Shown here: piece after piece, positions 31,634-40,445 of the stretch
Position numbering within the stretch: position 1 is the stretch's first letter
Layout of the letters: every line of letters starts with the position of its first letter
IMG/VR virus record: IMGVR_UViG_2905984197_000003
Location: 10,435-74,434 of that record
Direction: 5' to 3' (one strand)
Length of the DNA stretch: 64,000 bases
DNA from: a virus
Lineage: Duplodnaviria; Caudoviricetes
The notes under the pieces: generated by a model
What the model was told of the DNA's origin: nothing
The model's input: only the letters and a program-made list of their open reading frames with translations
Databases searched by the model: none
Program-made: the position numbers and the translations under genes

Positions 31634-31930
31634 ATGGCAAGCAAAAATAAGCAAGAGTGCAAAGAACAGTTTCTTGAACATTTTAAAATGACTGAAGAGG
31701 ATTTGTCTGTAATATGGCGATGGTTCTTAGAATATGGCATGACTAGAGGTCAGAACGAAAACAAACCACACCAATGTAGAGCAAATCATTACTTCTTACA
31801 GGAGATATCGGAACGCTTCACTGTAAATTGGAAAGAGTGGAATAAGAAATTATCTCCAGAACTAAAAATATTAGTAATAAACTTATACCCACAATTGATG
31901 GTTAAGAATTACGATTTTGAATGGTTGTAA
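31634..31930 (+). CDS. Hypothetical protein
   Basis: 98-aa ORF with AT-rich leader. Confidence 0.7.
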   Translation: MASKNKQECKEQFLEHFKMTEEDLSVIWRWFLEYGMTRGQNENKPHQCRANHYFLQEISERFTVNWKEWNKKLSPELKILVINLYPQLMVKNYDFEWL

Positions 31931-32015
31931 AAATATTTAGTTTTCATGGTTTAGTTTTATCCTCGGCTACGGAAAACCACAATGAAAAACAATAACATCA
32001 ACTTAATTTTATAGC

Positions 32016-32240
32016 ATGAAAGAATTTAAAATTGAAGGACAACCGAATTTAATCCTTGAAGTTGTCAGGGCTTTAAAGTACAATTCTTCAGGGATTGGTT
32101 TACGAAAGCTTTACGACATCAAAATAGAAAGAAAATCATATTTCAATAATAAAATAATATTCACGGCTAAAGAAGGAAGAGAAATCAATACTCAACACTT
32201 TTTTTACTTAGCACTAGACATCAACTTAACAATATCATGA
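32016..32240 (+). CDS. Hypothetical protein
   Basis: 74 aa; ATGA overlap with the lipoprotein gene. Confidence 0.65.
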   Translation: MKEFKIEGQPNLILEVVRALKYNSSGIGLRKLYDIKIERKSYFNNKIIFTAKEGREINTQHFFYLALDINLTIS

Positions 32241-32626
32241 AAACTCTACTACTTTTACTTACATTAATTTTCTTCACATCTTGCACTGATGAGAGAGAAT
32301 CTGAACACTTCCAACCTCAGCACCAAATAATGGTGAATTTCGAGGCTAAAAAAGGTTCGGAAGGAGGAAATAATTTGCAATTAGCAAATGATAATGAAAC
32401 TAATATTGTAGAGAAGATTATCAGGAATCAAGAATTGCCCGAAAATATTAATTATCAAACTGTTTGCTCCGGTTCTAATGACAAAGGTTTGCAATTCGCT
32501 TACATTGAGATCAAAGGTGAGCTAAAAGGATTATTTCTCGCTGTTTTTGATGAAAATAGATTGATGGTTTTCAGAATAGAAAGCTTTTCCGGAAATTGTC
32601 TGCTAAAATGGGTTAGCGAAGTTTAG
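32237..32626 (+). CDS. Lipoprotein of unknown function
   Basis: SPII signal MKTLLLLLTLIFFTS-C followed by acidic TDERES. Confidence 0.8.
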   Translation: MKTLLLLLTLIFFTSCTDERESEHFQPQHQIMVNFEAKKGSEGGNNLQLANDNETNIVEKIIRNQELPENINYQTVCSGSNDKGLQFAYIEIKGELKGLFLAVFDENRLMVFRIESFSGNCLLKWVSEV

Positions 32627-32668
32627 TATATTTACTGTTAAATAAATTTTTAATTAAACGAATTACCA

Positions 32669-32959
32669 ATGAACGCACAAACAATTTTTAACAAATTAAG
32701 ACCAAATACTTTAGAAGTAATTGTTACAGACCTACAAAAACAGTTAAAATCTTTAGATGACTTTCTGTCAACAAGCGATAAGCCTGATCCCAATGACAAC
32801 GCTGAGAAATTTAAAGAAATTAGAGATTTAGAGCTTTTAGCTGTCAAAGCTTTTAATTTTGTTTCTGCAGAGAAACAATTAGAGCCATATAAATTATGTG
32901 AAAAAAGCGAATCTTATTTACAATTAGACAATGTCAAAAAAAATAATCTACCACGTTAA
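32669..32959 (+). CDS. Hypothetical protein
   Basis: 96-aa ORF in the plus-strand run. Confidence 0.65.
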   Translation: MNAQTIFNKLRPNTLEVIVTDLQKQLKSLDDFLSTSDKPDPNDNAEKFKEIRDLELLAVKAFNFVSAEKQLEPYKLCEKSESYLQLDNVKKNNLPR

Positions 32960-33149
32960 ACTCCACGAACCAATAGAAGGTAAAGCTGATTTCTTTTTCA
33001 GCTCTATTACTGCTATTTATAATACCTTCACTGTTGAACAAATAGGTGTGGCCAGACAGACATTATATCAGCAAAGTCTTAATCCTGGTGATGAGTATAG
33101 AACGAAGTTTTGTGTAGTGAAAAAAGAAGAGGTTTTGAATAATAAATAA
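32931..33149 (+). CDS. Hypothetical protein, possibly DNA-binding
   Basis: 72 aa; FFSSITAIY...EQIGVARQTLY resembles a helix-turn-helix. Confidence 0.65.
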   Translation: MSKKIIYHVKLHEPIEGKADFFFSSITAIYNTFTVEQIGVARQTLYQQSLNPGDEYRTKFCVVKKEEVLNNK

Positions 33150-33155
33150 ATTTAA

Positions 33156-33602
33156 ATGGAAAATATAGAATCAAGAATAAAAGATATAGCCATTGGGTTA
33201 TCTGTTCCATCTGAGAAAATAAAATTAGTTTACGATAACGTAAAATCAAAAGGCATAATGCACGGTGATGACCTTCGTCAATTGACAGAAATAGGAATGC
33301 CTATGGTTAAAGAACTATGTGCTTTATACGGCAAAACCACAACCGAAATTCAGTTAATGGTTCAAAATGGTGAAATTGATTTTAAGCATTTTGGAGCCGT
33401 TTTCCTATATCTTACTAATGAGGGTGGAATGTTTTATGAGCTAAAAAAGAAGCAATCGCAAATATGGGGATATCAATACAAGGAAGCTTTGAAACAGATT
33501 ATTATGAAAGCATACAATGTCGGATGGTTTGATTCTGAAAATAAAGGTCTTGATGATTATTCAGCAGAAAAATATTATAAAGAAAATTTTGAAAAAATTT
33601 AA
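33156..33602 (+). CDS. Stand-alone mini protein carrying a tape-measure domain
   Basis: Residues 7-101 align without gaps to TMP residues 137-231 with 42/95 identities (manual count). Confidence 0.85.
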   Translation: MENIESRIKDIAIGLSVPSEKIKLVYDNVKSKGIMHGDDLRQLTEIGMPMVKELCALYGKTTTEIQLMVQNGEIDFKHFGAVFLYLTNEGGMFYELKKKQSQIWGYQYKEALKQIIMKAYNVGWFDSENKGLDDYSAEKYYKENFEKI

Positions 33603-33605
33603 TCC

Positions 33606-33995
33606 ATGGATAGTAAAGAATTAAGAATAGGGAACTTCGTAAGCACTTCAATCGACGGAACTGATATATATATAGTTGAAGAAATAAAAATGCACGGATT
33701 ATTTCTTTCAAATCAAAAATCGATAACAGATACAGGCGAAGTTCAATATCATAATATATATCCAATACCATTAACAGCAGATTGGCTTCTGAAATTTGAA
33801 TTTATTCATTTAGGAATTGGATTTGTATCTCCGGATGATCTTCTTTTCGTGTGTGCTGGAAATAACGGGAAGTATGAAGTATTTTTATACAAAGAAGTTG
33901 AGGAAGATGTTTATTTAATTCATTGTGAGCAAGTCCACCAACTACAAAACTTATATTTCGCGCTTACAGGAAAAGAGTTAAATTTGAATAATTAA
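33606..33995 (+). CDS. Conserved Bacteroidetes phage hypothetical protein
   Basis: ELRIGN...PIPLTxxWLLK...VHQLQNLYFALTGKEL pattern. Confidence 0.8.
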   Translation: MDSKELRIGNFVSTSIDGTDIYIVEEIKMHGLFLSNQKSITDTGEVQYHNIYPIPLTADWLLKFEFIHLGIGFVSPDDLLFVCAGNNGKYEVFLYKEVEEDVYLIHCEQVHQLQNLYFALTGKELNLNN

Positions 33996-34013
33996 TAACT
34001 AAAAATATATAAA

Positions 34014-34244
34014 ATGGAAGAAAAAATTATAACGTTTACGCACGCTGGTGGAGTTAAAAAAGCTTCATTTGCAACTTCAGATATTCAAAGCTTCAAAACA
34101 TCGATAGATAAATGTTTAAAAGGTGAACTTCACGCAATTACACTTACTGATGATGATGGAGTTGATTCTATTTACCCGTCTCTTTATCTGCAAAATTGCC
34201 ATATAGAAATAAAAGATAAACTTGTAAGACATCGAAATCTATAA
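34014..34244 (+). CDS. Hypothetical protein, last gene of the plus-strand block
   Basis: 76 aa, followed by a terminator hairpin. Confidence 0.7.
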   Translation: MEEKIITFTHAGGVKKASFATSDIQSFKTSIDKCLKGELHAITLTDDDGVDSIYPSLYLQNCHIEIKDKLVRHRNL

Positions 34245-34246
34245 AC

Positions 34247-34269
34247 AAAGCCCCAATAAAGGGGCTTTT
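34247..34269. terminator. Bidirectional intrinsic terminator
   Basis: aaagcccc-aataaa-ggggcttt between convergent genes. Confidence 0.8.
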
Positions 34270-34272
34270 ATA

Positions 34273-34518
34273 TTATCCAATATCCAAAAGTTGATGAAAC
34301 CTTTTCCAAAAAGTTTTTGACGTGTTAGGTATTTCTATACCTTCACCTTTTAAAATCATTTTTTCTCCTTCAATGATTATTACCAAATCATAAACTTTGA
34401 AAGTTTTAATTCCACCTTCAACATGTTGGGAAAATGTTTTTCCAGCATTATTCAATACAGATTGAACCGTATATGCATTATCATTTTTTACAAATTCTTC
34501 TCTTTCTGATTGTTCCAT
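34273..34518 (-). CDS. Hypothetical protein with its own promoter
   Basis: 81 aa; TATATTTG on the minus strand just upstream (about 34535-34542). Confidence 0.7.
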   Translation of the reverse strand: MEQSEREEFVKNDNAYTVQSVLNNAGKTFSQHVEGGIKTFKVYDLVIIIEGEKMILKGEGIEIPNTSKTFWKRFHQLLDIG

Positions 34519-34603
34519 GGTTTTAATTTTTCCACAAATATAACAAAAAAGGCACTACTCAAGTTTACCAGCAAAACCCTGCTTGCATTAACTACTATAC
34601 CTA

Positions 34604-34630
34604 AAAAATAAAGCCCCGATTAACCGGGGC
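34604..34630 (-). terminator. Intrinsic terminator
   Basis: gccccg-attaac-cggggc stem with an A-rich left flank (U-tract on minus). Confidence 0.65.
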
Positions 34631-34650
34631 AGTTAAGAATTTTGAAAAAG

Positions 34651-34682
34651 TTTGCGTAATAACGAAATTATATATAATTTTG
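34651..34682 (+). promoter_or_regulatory. Canonical -33/-7 promoter with no long ORF downstream
   Basis: TTTG (34651-34654), 20-nt spacer, TAATTTTG (34675-34682). Confidence 0.55.
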
Positions 34683-34737
34683 TGTTACACAATAACGTAA
34701 TTCTTATAGTTAGCGCTTAAAGAAATACGATAGAAGC

Positions 34738-34833
34738 TTAAAGAAGGAAATTAATCAAGTAAGCTATTAGTTTTACCAGTTCGATAGTAATTTTGAGTTC
34801 TGGTGATTTTAAAAGTGATTTTAGTTTTTTCAT
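34738..34833 (-). CDS. 31-aa peptide with basic N-terminus and hydrophobic C-terminus (possible type I toxin)
   Basis: Translated by hand: MKKLKSLLKSPELKITIELVKLIAYLINFLL*; A-rich leader. Confidence 0.5.
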   Translation of the reverse strand: MKKLKSLLKSPELKITIELVKLIAYLINFLL

Positions 34834-35040
34834 AAGATTAGATTTTAGAAATTTTTTAATTGATTTTTGTACATACGTGTACATGTTGATAATGCTATTT
34901 ATCATTTTATTAATTTTTAATTATTTAATTTATTTGATATAAGAACCCCTCTCATGGTGTTCCGATACACAGAGTTACTTTATCTAATTGCGGATTTGAA
35001 TTTTTCTTTTACATAAGCTTTACATTTATTCGATTACAAA

Positions 35041-35088
35041 AAATATCCTTCTTGTCTATTCCCCAATATTCCGAAGGGTATTTTTTTT
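35041..35088 (+). terminator. Putative intrinsic terminator ending a plus-strand non-coding transcript
   Basis: atatccttc...gaagggtat stem with a large loop, followed by a T run. Confidence 0.45.
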
Positions 35089-35368
35089 ACTTCCTGTCCC
35101 AACTGTCTATATTTTAATACTTTAAGTTATTTCTCCGTGAAACAGAGGATAGTGTTTCTATCAATAGCTACATACAAAGTTAATGTATTGAAGTTGATTT
35201 TCAAATGGGCTGCGAGTAATTAGTGAAATTAGTAGATAATAGCGTTTTCTTAATTTCAATCATTTCTAATGCAAATTTAAAGTTTAAATTTCGTAAGTCA
35301 AAAAATCTTAATTTTAAAATTAAGATTAGCCCTCAATGGTAATATACTAGAAAACACAAAAAAGCCAT

Positions 35369-36421
35369 CTACAAAAGATGGCTAACTTTTTCTTGATTAT
35401 TCAATATGAAATATGGTTTTGATTTAGCGTTTTGAATCTTCTGCTTATTCTCGGTAACCCAAGAAGTAAACTGATTAGGAAGTTTAGTAATTGCATCTGC
35501 AGGTTCTAAAGGTTTTAATCCTGCGAATATTCTTTCATTATCCTTCTCCATTTCCGCCCAAGTCTTCAAGATGGTTATTACCGTACATCTGCATTGTGGA
35601 TGCCAACCCCAAAATTTAAAGTCCTTTGGATATTCCCCCGCCATCGCTTCACAAAACGGGCAATGATTAGGATTATTTGAAAGTTTTATTCTAATTCCCT
35701 TGACAAAATCAAACTGCTGCATCTTTTGAAAGTTCGCTTCGTGATAAGCAGTATTGTTTTCGGTCCTGGTTAAACGCTCAGCATTTTTGTAAGATGATCG
35801 ATAAACACCTTGTCCAGGTTTATAAGCTTTTGCATTTTTAGACAGCACTAAATTACCATGTTTATCTCTTACTCTTCGAAAGAGTCGATCAGGATCCGTA
35901 AGGTTTGCTTTTAATTCTCTTGCAAGTTTGGCAGCAGACTTCCCCTCCCCGATTCCGATATCCAAACCTAACTCAATTTCCTTTTTAAATTGCTCAGATA
36001 ACTTCCAAACCTTATCGGATAACCTCAACCCGTCTATCTTACGATTTTGGAAGGCTTTTAAAGCTTCTTTATTCGGATTAAGGTATTCTTTCACCTTTTC
36101 TTTAGGAAGATTGATTTTTGAGGCTATTTCATTGACTAAAGCTGATTGTTTTTTCTCTCCATACTTCCAACTCTGTTCGAATTGGTTGAACATTTCCGCA
36201 GAAACGTTTTTCGTAAAGCCTTCGAAAAGTTTATCTACTTGTGGTTTTAGTTGTGGATAGTCTTTAAATGAAAATAGTTTTGTTGTATCTATTTGACCGA
36301 GGGAAATAAGCTTTACAATATCTTCGATGAGTTTTTGGTAGAAACTTTTTATCTTACGAACATTATACTCACCTCTTTCAAAGTGAGTATTATCAAAAAT
36401 ATCATCATGAAGATCTGCCAT
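35369..36421 (-). CDS. Minor head / head morphogenesis protein (SPP1 gp7 / MuF-like)
   Basis: AERLTRTE, CPFCEAMAG and WHPQCRC motifs; follows the portal gene. Confidence 0.88.
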   Translation of the reverse strand: MADLHDDIFDNTHFERGEYNVRKIKSFYQKLIEDIVKLISLGQIDTTKLFSFKDYPQLKPQVDKLFEGFTKNVSAEMFNQFEQSWKYGEKKQSALVNEIASKINLPKEKVKEYLNPNKEALKAFQNRKIDGLRLSDKVWKLSEQFKKEIELGLDIGIGEGKSAAKLARELKANLTDPDRLFRRVRDKHGNLVLSKNAKAYKPGQGVYRSSYKNAERLTRTENNTAYHEANFQKMQQFDFVKGIRIKLSNNPNHCPFCEAMAGEYPKDFKFWGWHPQCRCTVITILKTWAEMEKDNERIFAGLKPLEPADAITKLPNQFTSWVTENKQKIQNAKSKPYFILNNQEKVSHLL

Positions 36422-36425
36422 TATT

Positions 36426-37838
36426 TTACAACTCTACAGGATTATTAAACACACTCTCAGTTTTCGCTTTCTCCTGCTCAGCTTCAAGAATTAACCAATC
36501 TTCTTTCGGTGCCAATTGCGAAAGCTCAGCAGAATACTCCTGAGAAACTAAAGGCTTGTTTCCGTTCGCTGTCATGAGTGTTTCAACCCATTCTTTCGTA
36601 TCTTGAATCATGTAAGGTTTAATCACCGGTTCAAGTTCCAGATTATTTGTAGCATCCGCTAATTTTAAGTTCAGCAAATTACCAACATAAGACTTTAGGA
36701 TATTGAAACGTCTCTGGAAGTAATCCTCCCAAATTTCATTCTTCTCCATTACCTTCAAATGAGCATCCATAAACAACATTTTAAGCATAATCCCCGACAC
36801 TTGAGACATTCCTTTAACTTGTCTAAACAAATCAGGTGTTTTAGTGAATTTGTGAATGTTTTCGAGCCTTGTTTCAATTTCCAAACGAACTGATTCCGGA
36901 GCAGCTTCCCAAGAAATAACCTTCATATCAGAACCTAAATCACCCATAATAGCCTTATTCGCTTCTCCAGCTTGTGGTAAAGACGTAACTGTTCCAGTTA
37001 TGAATGTTACTGGCGCTGCATGATAATCATTAATCTCAGCATGACGGGAAAATAATAGCTCCAAACGTTCGATATCGTACTTCACGTCTTCATATTCGGT
37101 TTCTTCCTGAGAAGCATAAACAACAGGGATTTTTCCAATCACATTCTTACCCGCTCCTTCAATAACCTCATCGATCCATCCCGCATCTGCTTTTTTAAAT
37201 CTTCTTACTTCGGTATCTGTATAAGTTTCGAAATATTCGATTGTGTTTCTTTCTTTGTCAATCAAAGTGAAAGCCCGAGAGAACGCAACCATGTTGTCAA
37301 ACCCATCAAACATCGGATAAAGAACATCATTCTTCCAAGGAACAAATAACTTTAGTTTAATCCTGAAGTTACACGGAAAACCATAATCTTCGTGAGTATC
37401 TACTTTCTGATAATACCAATACTCAGCGATCTCGGTTGATCGATAAAGTTCCCTTGCTATCTGTCTATTCTTGATATTTGCTTTATTCTCAAACAGAATT
37501 CTTTCAATAGCTTTTTCGACAACCTCTTCCTGACTACCTTCCTCGGCATTACTTTTAATTGTAACAGGGTTACCAAAACCAAATGAAACAGCGCTGTTTA
37601 CGATGTATTTCTGAACTGGAATTGCAATTCTGTTTACGAGTTTAGTTCTTTGAACCTCGCCTTTTTCGTTTTTAATCTCTTTATCCGGAAGGAAGGTTTT
37701 ATCTTGAATAGTTCGGTGCTCCGAAACCTTCCATTCTTTTTTAAGATCTTCGATTTTCGGTTTTGCCGAGCGGTCAACCTTTAGAACTTCGATTTGTTCC
37801 GCTGGTGAAGCTTTTTCTGTAATTTCTGCTATGTTCAT
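36426..37838 (-). CDS. Portal protein (SPP1 gp6-like)
   Basis: 470 aa; VNRIAIP, GKIPVVY, FTKTPDL and SGIMLK motifs. Confidence 0.9.
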   Translation of the reverse strand: MNIAEITEKASPAEQIEVLKVDRSAKPKIEDLKKEWKVSEHRTIQDKTFLPDKEIKNEKGEVQRTKLVNRIAIPVQKYIVNSAVSFGFGNPVTIKSNAEEGSQEEVVEKAIERILFENKANIKNRQIARELYRSTEIAEYWYYQKVDTHEDYGFPCNFRIKLKLFVPWKNDVLYPMFDGFDNMVAFSRAFTLIDKERNTIEYFETYTDTEVRRFKKADAGWIDEVIEGAGKNVIGKIPVVYASQEETEYEDVKYDIERLELLFSRHAEINDYHAAPVTFITGTVTSLPQAGEANKAIMGDLGSDMKVISWEAAPESVRLEIETRLENIHKFTKTPDLFRQVKGMSQVSGIMLKMLFMDAHLKVMEKNEIWEDYFQRRFNILKSYVGNLLNLKLADATNNLELEPVIKPYMIQDTKEWVETLMTANGNKPLVSQEYSAELSQLAPKEDWLILEAEQEKAKTESVFNNPVEL

Positions 37839-37843
37839 GAGGA

Positions 37844-38035
37844 TTATTTCTTTTCGTTAAAACACTTCGAGATAAATTCAGCGTGTTCTAATGCTTCGTT
37901 TTTCTCTTTTGTTTGTGTTATTTCATCTTCCGTTTGAATGTAAGGAACAACAGCAATTTTATATTTACCACCTAATTCAGTTCCTATAACGTTCCAAGCT
38001 GATTTACTTTTCGAGTGTTTCACTATTGTCTTCAT
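37844..38035 (-). CDS. Small hypothetical protein between terminase and portal
   Basis: 63-aa ORF. Confidence 0.7.
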   Translation of the reverse strand: MKTIVKHSKSKSAWNVIGTELGGKYKIAVVPYIQTEDEITQTKEKNEALEHAEFISKCFNEKK

Positions 38036-38157
38036 ACCTTATTTTTTCCTATTACCTTAGTTTTCGCAGCTTCCAATGAAGCAAACTTTATTTCCGGAGT
38101 ATTGTAGATCAAATGATCTGTAGCTGTCCAGTTGGCTTTTATTTCTTATAAACTCAT
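38032..38157 (-). pseudogene. Relic 41-codon gene with TAA at codon 4
   Basis: ATGA overlaps at both ends; reads MSL*EIKANW...FASLEAAKTK, similar to parts of 30575-30940 (MSRLEEIK...QASLEKAK). Confidence 0.5.
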
Positions 38158-38564
38158 GATTTTAATTTAATAAAACCACATTCAATTTGATCTTTAACTG
38201 ATATACCATTCCACCAGTAAGCGTAACCAAGCTCACGAACCTTATCAATGATATTTGCCCATTCCCAACCTTTTACTGTTGTTATTTTAGATATACTTAA
38301 AAGAATTTCTTTTGTTTGAGCAATCATTGATGATTCGAGAATATTTCTTTGCCAAAGAAGCAATTCAGCAATTTTTAAAACATCTTCGTCTGTGATACTT
38401 TCAAGTGATTTTAACTTCAAATGACTTTCTTCAATCCTATACATATTCGATGCTTCAATCGGACATAGAATGCGATCTCCACCATTTGTCAAATCCGATA
38501 AAACTCTCTGTCCCCAATATTGAGCAAAAAATTTTGCTTTGTTTTCAATCGAAATATTCATCAT
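38154..38564 (-). CDS. Phage hypothetical protein
   Basis: 136 aa; ENKAKFFAQYWGQ and LKSLESITDED motifs. Confidence 0.75.
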   Translation of the reverse strand: MMNISIENKAKFFAQYWGQRVLSDLTNGGDRILCPIEASNMYRIEESHLKLKSLESITDEDVLKIAELLLWQRNILESSMIAQTKEILLSISKITTVKGWEWANIIDKVRELGYAYWWNGISVKDQIECGFIKLKS

Positions 38565-38776
38565 CGTTTATTTATTTTAAATGAAACAGCCTTTCCAGCG
38601 ATATCGTAAGTCATTCCAAAACGCAATTCACATTCACATTGAATGGTCGTACATCCCGATTTGTTTTTGTTGCATCTTTCAAGATAAATATCCTCTGAAT
38701 CATCATAAGGTTTTTCACAATGAGGACATTTAAAGTTTGTTTTTGCGTATGAAATATGAATTATGGCATTTTTCAT
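38561..38776 (-). CDS. Small Cys-rich (zinc-ribbon-like) protein
   Basis: 71 aa; CPHC...CEC. Confidence 0.7.
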   Translation of the reverse strand: MKNAIIHISYAKTNFKCPHCEKPYDDSEDIYLERCNKNKSGCTTIQCECELRFGMTYDIAGKAVSFKINKR

Positions 38777-38804
38777 CGTCTTTTATTTTTAGGTTTAATT
38801 TTAA

Positions 38805-40364
38805 CTACCAAAGAATCCCACTCAATCCCTCGGCACTCATCACCGGAGAAATAGGATGGAAAGTATTTGCGAGAGCGTCAAACTCATCAGTCGAACGCTT
38901 CAATCTTAATTTTATATCTTCTTTCTTTTCCATTTGAATCTTACCATCAGACCGGAAAAACCATTTGATTTCCGTAGCTTCTTCAAGGAAAGAATCGGAA
39001 GGCGGAAGCATAGCATCGTTGTTGTTTTTCGGGTCCAACCATTCACGAACAGACCAGAACAAAAACGCTCTCATGTTGAGGAATTCGTACTGCTCAGTAC
39101 TGTCCTTAAGTTTTCGGCCACGGAACTCAGGCTTGGCGGAATACTTACAGGAAATAACACGCTTCTCAAGACCAAGCTCTACCAACCTCGAATAAACTCC
39201 AGCACCTTCTCCGATGGTATCAATAGACGCAACCGCTTTCGGATCAATACGAAGAGTATTAGCAATTTTTCCCGCCTCTTCCATATGATTGGCTTTACCT
39301 GCAGAATGTTTTGTACTGAACTTCTCAACATAATTACCATATCTAAAGCAATCTACAGTATTATCACGTCCCATCCCGGCAATATCACTTCCAAGGATAA
39401 GATTGTGCTTCTTTTTATGGTTTTTAGTATTTAATTTTTGGAACTCAGTCCAGCGTTTATTTGCTAATTCTACCCATTGCTGAGGTATAAGAGCTTCTTC
39501 AGATACTTTCGGAAACTTACCAAGGATCTTTGCTCTGCATAGATCGTTCGGGCGGTACCAGATGCCCTCAAATTCAAAATCATCCTCTTCAATCAGAATA
39601 TCATTCTCAGAGATTATCGTACACCATTCATTCAACTTATCAACAATCCATTCATAATCGACCTGCCCGGGAATAATCATTTTCTTTTGAACAACATTTA
39701 CAGCATTCAAAGAATTCAAACTGAACTTACTCCATCTTTCTCCCTTCTGAGATTTTGCCGCATAACCGGTTGAGACGTTTGGATTAAAAACAATCAGCAT
39801 TCTGGAATTACCTTGCAAGTTACCTTCAATAGCGTTGAAGGTTGTTTCTGATATACCCGTGGCTTCAGTAACAACAAACATTGTATTAACAGCGTGAAAA
39901 CCCGTCCATGCTTCCGTTGCGTTATCATCGGCTTTAAATCCTGTCAAAAACCATTCATCCCAATCGGTACGAATATCATTTCCAACTAATCTACCGGGTA
40001 AATCAATTCCTTGGCTTAAAGCGTTGTTGTAAAGTCTTGAGATTTCGGGTTGCATAATGTTATTTACCTGTCTACCTGTCGGAGCGGTCATTGCAACTTT
40101 AGTATTGTGGATTAGTTTTCCGTTTTTCCATCTTGGCGTTAAGTACATAAAGCACATAGCAGCAACAGCACTTAAAAAGTCCTTTCCTCTTGAAGTCCCG
40201 GACATAACCGAGGTTCTCGGATTCATTTGAACGGAATCAATAATTGCTTGCTGTTCGGGATCCATCCTTGCAAGTAATACATCATGAGCAAACTTATTCC
40301 ATCCGCCCGGCGCACGCCATTCGGTGAATTTGTTTAACGCTTTTTGATGGAGGTCTTTACTCAT
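38805..40364 (-). CDS. terL: Terminase large subunit
   Basis: Walker A-like SGTSRGKD, Walker B-like FVVTEATG, VFNP coupling motif, nuclease GSDIA and STDEFDAL; upstream of portal. Confidence 0.92.
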   Translation of the reverse strand: MSKDLHQKALNKFTEWRAPGGWNKFAHDVLLARMDPEQQAIIDSVQMNPRTSVMSGTSRGKDFLSAVAAMCFMYLTPRWKNGKLIHNTKVAMTAPTGRQVNNIMQPEISRLYNNALSQGIDLPGRLVGNDIRTDWDEWFLTGFKADDNATEAWTGFHAVNTMFVVTEATGISETTFNAIEGNLQGNSRMLIVFNPNVSTGYAAKSQKGERWSKFSLNSLNAVNVVQKKMIIPGQVDYEWIVDKLNEWCTIISENDILIEEDDFEFEGIWYRPNDLCRAKILGKFPKVSEEALIPQQWVELANKRWTEFQKLNTKNHKKKHNLILGSDIAGMGRDNTVDCFRYGNYVEKFSTKHSAGKANHMEEAGKIANTLRIDPKAVASIDTIGEGAGVYSRLVELGLEKRVISCKYSAKPEFRGRKLKDSTEQYEFLNMRAFLFWSVREWLDPKNNNDAMLPPSDSFLEEATEIKWFFRSDGKIQMEKKEDIKLRLKRSTDEFDALANTFHPISPVMSAEGLSGILW

Positions 40365-40445
40365 GGTAAAATTTTATAAAACGTTTTTTCAATGAGTTTT
40401 TTAATTGCTTGTCTTAGTCTTTCAAACGCTTCTAATGTTGACATT

